Positions 9,373 to 18,996 of a DNA stretch of 64,000 nt are shown here, one piece after another. Both the position numbers and the translations under genes were made by a program. The stretch spans positions 2,221-66,220 of the IMG/VR virus record IMGVR_UViG_3300024978_000010. One strand, 5' to 3'. Numbering within the stretch: the first letter of the stretch is position 1; each line of letters starts with the position of its first letter. The DNA comes from a virus. The notes beneath the pieces were generated by a model. The model did no database searches, was not told where the DNA came from, and was given only the letters and a program-made list of their open reading frames with translations.

Positions 9373-10099
9373 GCCGCGCACGAAAGGCAAGCGTGGTGAG
9401 CTCGAAGTCGCGGCGCTACTGCGCAGCATGGGAGTGCCGGCGCGGCGCGGCCAACAGTTCACGGGCGGCGGCGACAGCCCCGACGTGTCGCACGCACTAG
9501 AGCCGATCTTGCACATCGAGGTCAAGTTCGTGGAGCGCGTCCTGATAGAAGACTGGTACGACCAGGCGCTGCTGGACGGGCGCTACCGCACCCCCCTCAT
9601 CATCCACCGCCGCACCGCCAAGGGCGGGAAGCCCGTGCAGTGGATAGCCACGACCATGCTGCGCGATCTGCTGCACCTCGTCGACACGCCGTCACCCGAC
9701 GACTACCTGACCGGCGACAGCCGCGACTTGAGCCGCGTGGTGGCCAAGCACCTGGGCGGTCGGGCGCACCTCACCTACCACCGCAGCAACGCCCTACGGT
9801 TCACGCAGCGCTTCGAGGAAGCCACCACCGATGCGCCGCCAGGCATCGCGCCGGGACTCGCGCACGCCAGGACGGCCGTCGAGAGTCCGTGGTACGTGAG
9901 CTTCTTCGCCGAGGACTTGCTTGAGATAGCCATCCAAGAGGCGATGGAGCGCTACGGCTTCGAGCCGATGCGCGGGCCGGACGGGTTGGCTCCGAACTAC
10001 GAAGGCGAGGTGGAGCGCCACTACCGACGGTTCTGGGAGGAGAAGCGCGCCCGCCTAGCGAGCGAGATGCCGCTCTTCAGGGGGTCGATGTGGGAGTAG
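9365..10099 (+). CDS. Holliday junction resolvase-like PD-(D/E)xK nuclease
   Basis: KGKRGELEVA...ARRGQQF.G..DSPDV...HIEVK. Confidence 0.8.
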   Translation: MAKPRTKGKRGELEVAALLRSMGVPARRGQQFTGGGDSPDVSHALEPILHIEVKFVERVLIEDWYDQALLDGRYRTPLIIHRRTAKGGKPVQWIATTMLRDLLHLVDTPSPDDYLTGDSRDLSRVVAKHLGGRAHLTYHRSNALRFTQRFEEATTDAPPGIAPGLAHARTAVESPWYVSFFAEDLLEIAIQEAMERYGFEPMRGPDGLAPNYEGEVERHYRRFWEEKRARLASEMPLFRGSMWE

Positions 10100-10101
10100 T
10101 C

Positions 10102-10551
10102 ATGCACACCGGGTCGTTGATCGATCACGGCGGCATCGTGATCTTCAGCTTCGTGGATGCGGAGGGGAAGGTCGTGTACCGCAACCGGCTGGTGGCTCGA
10201 GTCGGGGCCGCCACCGCCTACCGTGCCCTGCGCGTGAAGTACCCCGAATGGTCGGAGCACACGCTGAACGTCAGCGTCCTACGCGACCATGAGGTTCATT
10301 CACGCGACCGACGCCTGGTGGCTGCCAAGGGGTCGCACCACGGCCCCATCAAGGTGGAGGGCGGCTTCGTGAGAGAGCTCAGTAGCCGACTGCCGGAGCC
10401 GCCGCGCATCGGCGTGGCGGGGGCGCAAGCTAGCGCCGCGACGAACCTGAGCGAGGAGATGGCCGTCAAGCTGCGTGAAGCGGTGGGCATCCTGACCGGG
10501 ATCGATCGCGGCGAGAGAGCGGAGGCTGTCACGCGATGGGATCCGACATGA
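10102..10551 (+). CDS. Hypothetical protein
   Basis: Fills the operon gap; ATGA overlap with the exonuclease gene. Confidence 0.6.
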   Translation: MHTGSLIDHGGIVIFSFVDAEGKVVYRNRLVARVGAATAYRALRVKYPEWSEHTLNVSVLRDHEVHSRDRRLVAAKGSHHGPIKVEGGFVRELSSRLPEPPRIGVAGAQASAATNLSEEMAVKLREAVGILTGIDRGERAEAVTRWDPT

Positions 10552-11210
10552 TAGTGGCGTTCGACTTGGAGACGACCGGCCCGGAGCCGACGGAGGCGCG
10601 GATAGTCACGTACTCGCTGGTCGACTTCGACCCCAACGGCGTGCCCGGTGCGGCGTACCACGGCCTAGTCGACCCAGGCGTGGAGATACCGGAGGAAGCC
10701 ACCGCCGTTCACGGCGTCAGCACCGAGATGGCACGCGCCGACGGCGAGCCGATGGCCGCCGCCGTGCGCCGCATATCCGACGCGGTGCGCTCCGCTGGCG
10801 CGACGTGCGCCTTCAACGCCAGATACGACTTGACGGTGTTGGCGCACGAGATGCGACGCCTCGGTGAGCCTCATGACTGGCTGGGCGACGTGATCGTGCT
10901 TGACCCGCTAGTCATGGATCGCCACTTCAATACCTACCGCAAGGGCAGGCGCACGTTGAGGGCGGTGTGCGGCTTCTACGGCATCGCGTTAGAGAACGCA
11001 CACTCTGCCGACGCCGACGCCCTGGCTGCGGGGCTGCTGTACTTCAAGATCAGGGAGCGGCATCGAGGGGCGCAAGTGAAAGACCTCGGCACGCTGCATA
11101 CAGCGCAGCGTGCGTGGGCGAGGGAGCAAGCGCTGAGCTTGCAGAGCTACTTCCGCCGCAGCGACCCCGAGGCGGTCGTGGAAACGCGCTGGCCGTACTA
11201 CATCGACTAG
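10548..11210 (+). CDS. DEDDh 3'-5' exonuclease (DnaQ/epsilon-like)
   Basis: AFDLETTG, AFNARYD, AHSADADA motifs. Confidence 0.92.
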   Translation: MIVAFDLETTGPEPTEARIVTYSLVDFDPNGVPGAAYHGLVDPGVEIPEEATAVHGVSTEMARADGEPMAAAVRRISDAVRSAGATCAFNARYDLTVLAHEMRRLGEPHDWLGDVIVLDPLVMDRHFNTYRKGRRTLRAVCGFYGIALENAHSADADALAAGLLYFKIRERHRGAQVKDLGTLHTAQRAWAREQALSLQSYFRRSDPEAVVETRWPYYID

Positions 11211-11287
11211 CGGTTCTTGCGGGTCAGCAGGAAGAGGAACAGCATCCCAGCGAAGGCACCGAGAATGAAGATCACGTACCAGGCCAT
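11207..11287 (-). CDS. 26-aa single-pass membrane peptide MAWYVIFILGAFAGMLFLFLLTRKNR
   Basis: RBS GAGGGGGT, ATG, hydrophobic helix and basic tail; below the ORF-track size cutoff. Confidence 0.65.
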   Translation of the reverse strand: MAWYVIFILGAFAGMLFLFLLTRKNR

Positions 11288-11299
11288 TTAGTCACCCCC

Positions 11300-11656
11300 T
11301 CACAGGCGCACAGAGAACCCGAGCCTCAACCAGTCGGGATCGCCGAGGGGGTGAAGGCCATAGAGCTCAGGCAAGTGGAACTCGCCCCACGCGCTCCAAC
11401 CCTCGGCGTAGTAGGCCACGATGGCGTAAGGGGCGATGTGGCCCTGGGCGAAGTCGCTGAAGGTAGCCTGCACGTCCACCCCGACCGCCACCTCGAAGTC
11501 GCCCAACACGAACATCGTGCGCTCCGCGAAGCAGCCGACCACGCCCGTCGGCAGGCGAGCGGAGCAGGTGAGGGTCACGCCGTACGACTGTGGCGCGGGT
11601 TCCTGTGCGAAGGCTAGCGCCGAGAACAGCGACAGCGCCAAGATCATCCGCCTCAT
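11300..11656 (-). CDS. Secreted beta-rich protein, possible outer-membrane protein
   Basis: Signal peptide ending AFA-Q; alternating amphipathic strands ending WLRLGFSVRL. Confidence 0.6.
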   Translation of the reverse strand: MRRMILALSLFSALAFAQEPAPQSYGVTLTCSARLPTGVVGCFAERTMFVLGDFEVAVGVDVQATFSDFAQGHIAPYAIVAYYAEGWSAWGEFHLPELYGLHPLGDPDWLRLGFSVRL

Positions 11657-11687
11657 CCTTGCCCGTACCCCGTTCTGTAACCGAAGG

Positions 11688-11933
11688 TCATACCAGCCGC
11701 GTGACGATGACGCCAGTAACGCCGCTAGGTAGCGTCACGGTCGCAGCGGGGACGCCGGCCACGGACGAGCGCCAACCTCCACTGGGGATGGTCAGCGATA
11801 TGCCGTTGATGACGAACACCTGCGGAGTCACCTCCGAGTGGTAGACCTCCACGGCGGTGATTGGCGCACTGAACGTTACGACATCCGCCACGGCATTAGA
11901 GTCGGTCTTGGATTCCGCTGCACTACTGCCCAT
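11688..11933 (-). CDS. Small beta-rich virion protein (paralog of 13848-14162)
   Basis: TAATG overlap; VVTFSAPITAVEVYH resembles TITFTAPVVAVQVFN. Confidence 0.65.
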   Translation of the reverse strand: MGSSAAESKTDSNAVADVVTFSAPITAVEVYHSEVTPQVFVINGISLTIPSGGWRSSVAGVPAATVTLPSGVTGVIVTRLV

Positions 11934-12499
11934 TAGCCGACTTGGGTCCATCCGTACACGCCTGGTTCCCACACGTTGTCGGGGGCGGTTGATTCCCACG
12001 TGTGCCCGGCGTGCGTGACTTTCGCGCCGAGGGCGTAGGCGTCGTGGGCGCCGGTTGGTTGCGTCCAGGGGGCGGGGCCGTCTGCGGGGTCGAAGAAGCG
12101 GGCGAACAGAGCGGGAGTCGCGTCCGGCTGCCAATCCGCTTGCGTGGCGTGCGCCTGCACGACGCGGTAGAGGGTGCCGTCGTGCGTCACGATGTCGCCC
12201 ACGTCGAGCGCTTGGCCGGGCGCCCAAGCGCGGAACAGGCTCGCGTCCGTGTCGGGCGTGACCTCGGCCAGGACGGCGCTCCTGGTGGCGGCTCGTGTGG
12301 CGATGGTCTGCACGGCCTCGGCGGGGAAGTCGTGGCTGAACACGAAGTTGCCGTCCTCATCGGTGGTAGGCACGCCGAGCAGCACGCCGCCGATGACGGT
12401 GAGCAGTTCACCGTTGGCGGCCTTGAAGGCGTGCGCGTTGGGTTCGCCGCGCTCGTTGGTGAGCACTTGCACGTCGGCGGGGTTGAGGGTCAGTTTCAC
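11933..12499 (-). CDS. Tail protein with tandem CBM5/12-like carbohydrate-binding modules
   Basis: WAPG...VGDIVTHDGTLYRVVQAH..Q.DWQP...PALF and WTQPTGAHDAY..GAKVTH.G.TWES...NVWEPGVYGW. Confidence 0.8.
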   Translation of the reverse strand: MKLTLNPADVQVLTNERGEPNAHAFKAANGELLTVIGGVLLGVPTTDEDGNFVFSHDFPAEAVQTIATRAATRSAVLAEVTPDTDASLFRAWAPGQALDVGDIVTHDGTLYRVVQAHATQADWQPDATPALFARFFDPADGPAPWTQPTGAHDAYALGAKVTHAGHTWESTAPDNVWEPGVYGWTQVG

Positions 12500-13851
12500 G
12501 GGGTCACTCCGAACTCGGCGGCTACCAGGGCGAGGTCTGCGGGGGTGAGGGCTTCACGGAAGATGGCCGCGCCGATGAACTCGAAGTCGGCGTAGTCCGC
12601 GCTAGCGCGGCCAATCTGTAACGGAAGGGAGTTGTGCAGGCTTGCGGTGTTCGAGGCGATGGAACTCGTGCCTAGCGGCGTGAACCCGGCGAGGTTCGCG
12701 CCCGCGACGCGTCGCATCGACACGAGTCCTGCCGAGCCGACGGGATTGAGGCCGCTCCCCAGGAGGGCCACGTCCTCTACGGTGTTGTCGCTCAGGCGCA
12801 ACGTCATTCCCGATGAGTAGGTGGATGAGTAGTACGCCTGGTACCCCGAGCCGCCGACGCCGTACCCGGACTTTTTGCCAAACAAGCCTCGCCCGGAAAC
12901 CTGTGCGGTCCAATAGGTGCGGTAAGCGAGGCACACGGTGAAGTCCTCGCCAGCGCCGAAGTTGAGGTCGGCGTGGTTGGATACCTCCAGATAGTCGTCC
13001 GTGCCGAGCAGCAGCAGGGGCCGGTCTACCAGGACGGCCTTGCGTCCGGTGGCGCTGCGGTTTATCGTCCACGTTTCGCCTGTGGCGGATGACACCCAAC
13101 TGGTGTGGGGTTCGGCGCTGTCGGCGGGGTTGAAGTCGGCTACGGCGGTGCCGCCACTCGTGAGCGTCAGGCGGTGAATGGCTCCCGCGAAGCGCTGGTC
13201 CCCAACGCCGCTGAAGCTGTCTCGGTAACCGATGGCGAGGGCCGTGGGGCGCCCCGTCTGGAAGTCGGTGACCGGCCTGGTTGCCCGCGTCTCCCAACTG
13301 CCACTCACGTACTCTTGTTGCGTGATGGTGCTGCGGTCGCTTGAGATGACGCCGCGCCACCGCTTGCGCACGCCGCGTGCGTGCGCTTCGCCCGGAGTGC
13401 CGCCACCGTACGCGCCGCCAGCCTTGAACCACTGGAAGCTCACGCGCTCGTTCACGGCGTCGTACAGGCAGCGCAGGAAGTTGTCTCCTCCGCCGACGCC
13501 GCGGGCTAGGCCGGTGCTGGCGGTTCCTGGCGCGATGTCCACTTCGAGGATTATCTCGCCGCCGTCGGCGGGCCACACGGCGTTAGTCGTTATCCCGTAG
13601 TTGCTGGGTTCGCCGGGGCAGTGCAGGTACTTCTGCCCGTTGAACGGCAGGTGCAGCGGGTCGTTGGTGTCCGCGCCGATGGCGCTGCCGAAGCGCGCGT
13701 GATGCCCGCGCCCCGTGAGGTCCACCAAGCTGTCGATGTTCGGCTGGTAGTGCTCGGCCTTCCAGGCGGCGACGGCGCGGCGCAGCACGCCGTTGAGTTT
13801 CTTCGGCCTGGGCGCGAAGCCCGCGACGGGGCCGGGCGCGAAGCCGCTCAC
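12496..13851 (-). CDS. Putative receptor-binding protein with ConA/LamG-like domains
   Basis: DLTGRGHHA, GTDDYLEV..HADLNFG..EDFTV, LQIGR...IFREALT patterns; GTG overlaps the upstream TGA. Confidence 0.7.
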   Translation of the reverse strand: MSGFAPGPVAGFAPRPKKLNGVLRRAVAAWKAEHYQPNIDSLVDLTGRGHHARFGSAIGADTNDPLHLPFNGQKYLHCPGEPSNYGITTNAVWPADGGEIILEVDIAPGTASTGLARGVGGGDNFLRCLYDAVNERVSFQWFKAGGAYGGGTPGEAHARGVRKRWRGVISSDRSTITQQEYVSGSWETRATRPVTDFQTGRPTALAIGYRDSFSGVGDQRFAGAIHRLTLTSGGTAVADFNPADSAEPHTSWVSSATGETWTINRSATGRKAVLVDRPLLLLGTDDYLEVSNHADLNFGAGEDFTVCLAYRTYWTAQVSGRGLFGKKSGYGVGGSGYQAYYSSTYSSGMTLRLSDNTVEDVALLGSGLNPVGSAGLVSMRRVAGANLAGFTPLGTSSIASNTASLHNSLPLQIGRASADYADFEFIGAAIFREALTPADLALVAAEFGVTP

Positions 13852-14162
13852 CTTAGTCCCACCGCGTACCACGGCCCCGTGGCGGCGATGGTGACGGTGG
13901 TGAACGGCGCGTCCGCCCGCCTAACCTCGTAAGGCACGCCGTCTGGCACGCTGTGCGTGTCGCCCGCCACCGTCACCGTCAGGAGCGCCCCGCTGCCGTT
14001 GAATACCTGCACCGCCACGACTGGCGCGGTGAACGTGATGGTCGCGTTCCCGCTACCCGACTGCGGTTCGACGGTGTTACTGCCCGATAGCTGAACTAGG
14101 GGGACCTCCCCCGGATTTCCGCTAGGGTTGATGACTTGCACTAAGAACGCCGGTTGCGCCAT
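13848..14162 (-). CDS. Small beta-rich virion protein
   Basis: RBS GAGGAAAGGA; paralog of 11688-11933. Confidence 0.7.
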   Translation of the reverse strand: MAQPAFLVQVINPSGNPGEVPLVQLSGSNTVEPQSGSGNATITFTAPVVAVQVFNGSGALLTVTVAGDTHSVPDGVPYEVRRADAPFTTVTIAATGPWYAVGLR

Positions 14163-14237
14163 CTCGATCCTTTCCTCACCTTCGCCTAGCGCGCTCGCGT
14201 CCTGAATCAGAACGAGAGTCCCGATTGGGCGGGGCGT

Positions 14238-14606
14238 CTACCCCGCCGACCGCTTTCCCAAAAGACCGGAAATCGCGTCCCAACCGCCACTCGCAAGGAT
14301 TCCGGCCGACGCGCCGAAGCCCAAACTAGCCACCAATCCACCATCAAGGTATCCGAGCAAGTGCCCTACCCATCCGAAGCCGGTGCCGATTATCACTGAG
14401 ACTGCGATGGTGCCCACGCCCGTGAGCGACTTGATGATGTTCTTCTTCACGAACGATGTGAGCGCCAGCACGGCGGCAGCGAGTGCGCTTGTGCTTAGGA
14501 ACAGCCCAGCAATATCCCAGGCGGCGGGAGCCTCGGCGCCCTGAGCGAACACAAAGCCCGTCAGGAACGGGGCGAGGATCAGTATGGTGAGTTTGATTAT
14601 CTTCAT
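14238..14606 (-). CDS. Putative holin (multi-TM membrane protein)
   Basis: N-terminal signal-like helix, further hydrophobic helices, G..AG..ASGGWD motif, basic C-terminus; RBS AAGGAG. Confidence 0.7.
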   Translation of the reverse strand: MKIIKLTILILAPFLTGFVFAQGAEAPAAWDIAGLFLSTSALAAAVLALTSFVKKNIIKSLTGVGTIAVSVIIGTGFGWVGHLLGYLDGGLVASLGFGASAGILASGGWDAISGLLGKRSAG

Positions 14607-14719
14607 AGTGGACTCCTTTGCGGTCTAGGCGTATGCCGAGATACCGTGCGGATCACCTCCCGGCCGATCTGGCCTTGACCGGAAGGATAGTTGAGGTCGC
14701 CATATGCGCGGCGGAAAGT

Positions 14720-15706
14720 CTAAGAGCCTTCGTAGAGACGCGCCTTGATCTCCCGCCGCAACCGCGCTGGCCCGTCACCCCTAACCTCCGGCCTGCTAAG
14801 GTAATACTCCTCATCGGGCAGCCCCGCGCAGCGCTCCAAGAACACGATGGCTAACGCGAGGTCGCCGCAAGCTGCCTCGAACCGCGCCGCGTCGTACCAG
14901 ACTTCGCGCCGCTCCGGACACTCCGCGATGGCGCGGTACTGCCATTGCCTCTTCCAGGCTTCGTTGCCGTCCATCGAAGCGAGCATCAGCATGGCCTCGC
15001 TGCGTTCGTGCCGCCACACGGCGTCAGGGTGCGCTAGGTAGCGCTGGTACTCCTCGGAAGCGTGCGCCTGGTCGCCCATGAAGTAAAGCTGCCGAGCGTA
15101 ATACAGCCGCAGCCGAGCGTCGTTAGGCATGTCAGCTACGGCGCGTTCCATCAAGTCGAGGTCGCGGGTGCCACGGTCGATGCTGGTGTCCTGGTAGTGG
15201 TGGACGACTAGGCCATCGACGAAGAGTTGCTGTTCGTTATCGACGCCGGGGAACGCCAGCCACTCGTGCGCCACGCCGCGCCAGATGGCCCCGTGCCGGG
15301 CGAAGAGCTTATCGGCCCAGAACACCACGCCGGGGTCGCCGTTGGCCTGATGCGACCATATGAACTTGTAGCGAAGGCGGTGGAGGCCGTCATGCCATGC
15401 GCCTTCGATGGCGTCACGCCAGCCGGGCTGCGGAACCTCGTCGAGATCGAGCGCCCACACGGCGTCGGCGTTACCGGGCGCCAAGGCGAGCGCCAGGTTC
15501 CTAGCGACATCGAAGCGCCACGGGCTGATGGTGGCGTGATGGCTGCTAACGCCACGCAGGGCGAACAGCCGATCGCCGCCATCGGTGCTGCCGGTATCTA
15601 GAACGGTGATGCTGTCGCCGGGCTTGAGTTCGGGTTGCAAGGCGTCGAGCCAGCGAGTTATGTGGTTCGCCTCGTTCTTGTAGATAGCGCTGATGGCCAA
15701 CTTCAT
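14720..15706 (-). CDS. GT2 glycosyltransferase with TPR-like C-terminus
   Basis: IYKNEA, VLDTGSTDG, FDVARNLAL, ALDLDE, W.GVAHE, RLYYARQL. Confidence 0.9.
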   Translation of the reverse strand: MKLAISAIYKNEANHITRWLDALQPELKPGDSITVLDTGSTDGGDRLFALRGVSSHHATISPWRFDVARNLALALAPGNADAVWALDLDEVPQPGWRDAIEGAWHDGLHRLRYKFIWSHQANGDPGVVFWADKLFARHGAIWRGVAHEWLAFPGVDNEQQLFVDGLVVHHYQDTSIDRGTRDLDLMERAVADMPNDARLRLYYARQLYFMGDQAHASEEYQRYLAHPDAVWRHERSEAMLMLASMDGNEAWKRQWQYRAIAECPERREVWYDAARFEAACGDLALAIVFLERCAGLPDEEYYLSRPEVRGDGPARLRREIKARLYEGS

Positions 15707-15713
15707 AGGCACC

Positions 15714-16867
15714 TCACTGAGCGTAGTAGGTCAGGAACAGCTGCGGTCTGCCGATCATACCGGAATCGTAAGACTTGATGTCCTTCTCCGCTGAGCCTGA
15801 CTTGGTGTTACACGCCCACAGCACGACGTAATCGCCGCCCTTGGTGCCGTTAGCGATGAGCTCGTTGATGACCGCGCTGATGTCCGGGCTTGAGAACAGT
15901 TGATCTGCGGAAGTGGCTGGCATGTTCCAGCGCACGGCGGTGGTGGTGAGGGCGGCGTACTGTGTGGCCGCCTCGGCAGCACTAGTCGGGGCGGCTGGGC
16001 TAGCCGCCAAGTAGGCGCGGATGTCGGCGTCGGCCGCCCCGTCAGCGTTGCGGCTGGTGAGCTGCAAGTACGCGCCCTGCACGCTGCCGCGCAAGTCGGC
16101 AGGCAGTTGGAAGCGGAAGAAGTTGCGCCCGGTGTCGCCTAACCACACGGCGGCGGTGGCGTTATCGAAGTCATCGGTGAACGGCACGTACCAGTAGCCG
16201 TCTGCGCCGCTGGCGGCCACCTCGCCTACAAGCAGCGCCGGCTCCGGGTTCTTTTGCAAGAGTTCCACGGTGTAAGTCCGATAACTCGCGCTGGTGCCGC
16301 CAGCGGCCACTGCGGTGGTTGGCCACGCCAGCACGCCTCCGTTGGTATCGTGCCCAGCCGCTTCATCCGTGGAGTCCTGCACGTTGGAGCGGTTGACCAT
16401 GCCCGTCGGCGGGGTTTCCAGCGCCACGTTGGTGGAGCGGTGCCCGGCGAAGCCCGCCACCCAACTCGTGCCGTCGTCGCTTAGGGGTGATACGGCGGGA
16501 TAGGAGATGCTGGTGCTTGAGGCCCCACCGGCGGCGTACGCCCCGATGCCGCCGACGTTGCGGTACACGTGGCAGACGACACTGGTAGCGCTAGTCCAGG
16601 TGCCGGAAGTTTCGCTGCTGCCAGCCGCGAACTTGTAAGCGATGCGCGCCGATTCGAGCTGGCGCCTGAGTTGCCGATGTTCGTCCACCCGGCCGGTAAG
16701 GTCGGGGCCGTCGTGTTGCCGTCACGGTACGCAAACATCAACAGCAAGTCGCCACGTTTGTGCGTAGGCATCGTCGCTATCGCGTTCGTACCAGTGGCTC
16801 TATCCACGAACGTGATGGGCCATGACAGCGGCACGTAAGGGTGGTGGCCGCGCAGTGGGAAGGTCAT
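15714..16867 (-). pseudogene. Tail/adsorption protein split by a 1-nt frameshift near 16652 (pseudogene or sequence error)
   Basis: ...GWTNIGNSGASSN in one frame continues as SARIAYKFAAG... in another; C-terminal domain resembles 27593-28198. Confidence 0.65.
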
Positions 16868-18996
16868 GCCGTGCGCGGGATGGTGAAGGACAGCCAGTCG
16901 CTGAAGCTGGTGACGGTGATCTTCAGGATGTCGCCGCTGGCGAACGAAGTGCTGCCGGACACGGACGCGAAGCTGCTGCCGCCGTTCGTGGACTTGGCGT
17001 AAGCCAGCGTGCCGGTGCCGTTCTTGAGGACGCCAGCCAGGTCAAGCACGGTGAGGATGTCGAACACTATGTAGTAGTCGCCGTTCGCCGGTGGGTTCAC
17101 GTGGAACGGATCGATCCGGCTCGGGCGCGTGTCCACCGCCACCACGTGCCAGTTGGTGCCGCCGTTGAGGGTGAAGAGCGTGATGGCGGTGGTCGCGCTG
17201 GGAGCAGGATTCACCGCGCCGTTGCCGCCATACAAGTAGCGCGTGCCCGACGGGTAGCTGACCGTATAGCCGCCTGTGGCGTTCTGCGTAAAGTACACCG
17301 TGACCATGACCGGCACGCTGGCCGGAACGTTGGTGAACGCCAGGGTCACGTCGCCGGTGAGCGTGCCGTAGGCCACCACTTGCTTGCTGCTAGCGAGGTC
17401 AAGCGTCTTGGTGCCCGTACTGCTGCCTAGGCTGATCTCGGTGCCAGAGGAAGAGGGGCCAGTCGGACCCGTGGGGCCAGTAGGCCCGGCCGTGGTCGAG
17501 ACGGGTCCAGTGGGGCCAGTGGCCCCCTGTGGCCCGGTCGGGCCAGTAACCCCTTGCGGCCCAGTCGGGCCTGTGGTAGTGGACGCGGGTCCCGTGGGGC
17601 CAGTGACCCCCGGATCGCCCTGCGGTCCCGTGGGGCCAGTGACCCCCGGATCGCCCTGCGGTCCCGTGGGGCCAGTGACGGTCGACGCCGCTCCGGTGGG
17701 GCCGGTGGGGCCGGTGACCGTGGACGCGGGGCCGGTGGGGCCAGTCGGGCCAGTGACGGTCGACGCCGCTCCGGTGGGGCCGGTGGGGCCGGTGACCGTA
17801 GACGCGGGGCCGGTAGGGCCAGTCGGGCCTGGGACGGTTGAGGCGGGGCCGGTGGGGCCAGTAGCGCCAGTCGCCCCTGGCGTGCCGCCATCCCCCTTCG
17901 GCCCCGTGGGGCCGGTAGCGCCAGGCACCCCTTGCGGCCCAGTAGGGCCTGTAACCGTAGAGGCCGCACCGCTAGGGCCGGTGGGGCCAGCGTCGCCCTG
18001 TGGACCCGTTGGCCCAGTGGGGCCGCCAGTGGGGCCGGTGGGGCCAGTGGCGCCCTGTGGCCCCGTGGGGCCAGTAACCGTCGAGGCCGCGCCCGTCGCG
18101 CCAGTGGGGCCAGTGGGGCCAGTGGGGCCGGTGACACCCTGATTGCCCTTGGGGCCGGTAGGTCCGGTGGAGCCGGTGGGGCCTTGGTTACCGAGCGGCC
18201 CGGTGGCACCCGTCGCGCCAGTTGGGCCTGGCGTGCCTTGCGGCCCCGTCGCGCCAGTCGCGCCAACCCCGCCGACCGGGCCGGTGGGGCCAACGGGGCC
18301 GATGGGTCCCTGGTCGCCGCGTGCGCCTGTCGGTCCCGTACCGCCGACTTGGCCTTGCGCTCCCGTAGCGCCCGTCGCACCAGCTGGGCCGGTAGCGCCA
18401 GTGGGGCCGGCGTTGCCCTGAGCGCCTTGCGGCCCCGTCGCGCCGGTGGGGCCGGTGACGCCCTGGACGCCTTGGGCACCAGCAGGGCCGGTCGCACCAG
18501 TAGGGCCGACGTTGCCCTGCGGCCCCTGAGCGCCAGTGGGGCCGGTAGCGCCAGCGGCGCCAGTCGCGCCGGTGGGGCCGACGCCGCCCTGAGCGCCCTG
18601 TGGGCCGGTTGGCCCGAGTGCGCCGGTCGCTCCGGTGTTTCCCTTCGGGCCGGTCGGCCCCGTCGATCCTGGGCCGCCCTGAGCGCCCTGCGGCCCCGTG
18701 GGGCCGGTCACGCCGACACCCTGCGGCCCGGTCGGGCCGGTGTTGCCCGTATTGCCCTTCGGGCCAGTGGGGCCGGTCACGCCCTGGGCGCCCTGAGGTC
18801 CCTGCCCCCCAGTCGGCCCCGTCGATCCGGTTGGGCCGGTCAGGTCGGCTAGCGCGATGAGGTCATGCCAGACGAGCTCGCCATCCCAGCGCCACTGAAG
18901 ATGCGTGCTGGTAGAGCGAAACTCAACTTTCCCAGCACCAAGCTCCTGGATCTGGCGCAGCGCGCGCTTAGCTAGTACGGTGCCTACGTCAGACAT
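16864..18996 (-). CDS. Collagen-like (Gly-Pro-Thr) fibre protein with C-terminal adaptor domain
   Basis: About 460 aa of G-X-Y triplets dominated by [10 protein letters not shown]-terminus is paralogous to 28198-28911. Confidence 0.9.
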   Translation of the reverse strand: MSDVGTVLAKRALRQIQELGAGKVEFRSTSTHLQWRWDGELVWHDLIALADLTGPTGSTGPTGGQGPQGAQGVTGPTGPKGNTGNTGPTGPQGVGVTGPTGPQGAQGGPGSTGPTGPKGNTGATGALGPTGPQGAQGGVGPTGATGAAGATGPTGAQGPQGNVGPTGATGPAGAQGVQGVTGPTGATGPQGAQGNAGPTGATGPAGATGATGAQGQVGGTGPTGARGDQGPIGPVGPTGPVGGVGATGATGPQGTPGPTGATGATGPLGNQGPTGSTGPTGPKGNQGVTGPTGPTGPTGATGAASTVTGPTGPQGATGPTGPTGGPTGPTGPQGDAGPTGPSGAASTVTGPTGPQGVPGATGPTGPKGDGGTPGATGATGPTGPASTVPGPTGPTGPASTVTGPTGPTGAASTVTGPTGPTGPASTVTGPTGPTGAASTVTGPTGPQGDPGVTGPTGPQGDPGVTGPTGPASTTTGPTGPQGVTGPTGPQGATGPTGPVSTTAGPTGPTGPTGPSSSGTEISLGSSTGTKTLDLASSKQVVAYGTLTGDVTLAFTNVPASVPVMVTVYFTQNATGGYTVSYPSGTRYLYGGNGAVNPAPSATTAITLFTLNGGTNWHVVAVDTRPSRIDPFHVNPPANGDYYIVFDILTVLDLAGVLKNGTGTLAYAKSTNGGSSFASVSGSTSFASGDILKITVTSFSDWLSFTIPRTA
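17455..18842 (-). repeat. 9-bp-period collagen-coding repeat array with 36-bp and larger duplications
   Basis: Recurrent GTGGGGCC(A/G); CCCGTGGGGCCAGTGACCCCCGGATCGCCCTGCGGT occurs twice. Confidence 0.9.

Noticed and set aside
14650..14660. 16S rRNA 3'-end fragment (GGATCACCTCC)
   Set aside because: Only 11 nt match with no flanking rRNA sequence; reinterpreted as an SD-like element on the minus strand.
17384..18852. Long + strand and alternate-frame ORFs over the collagen gene
   Set aside because: Shadow ORFs produced by the GC-rich 9-bp repeat.
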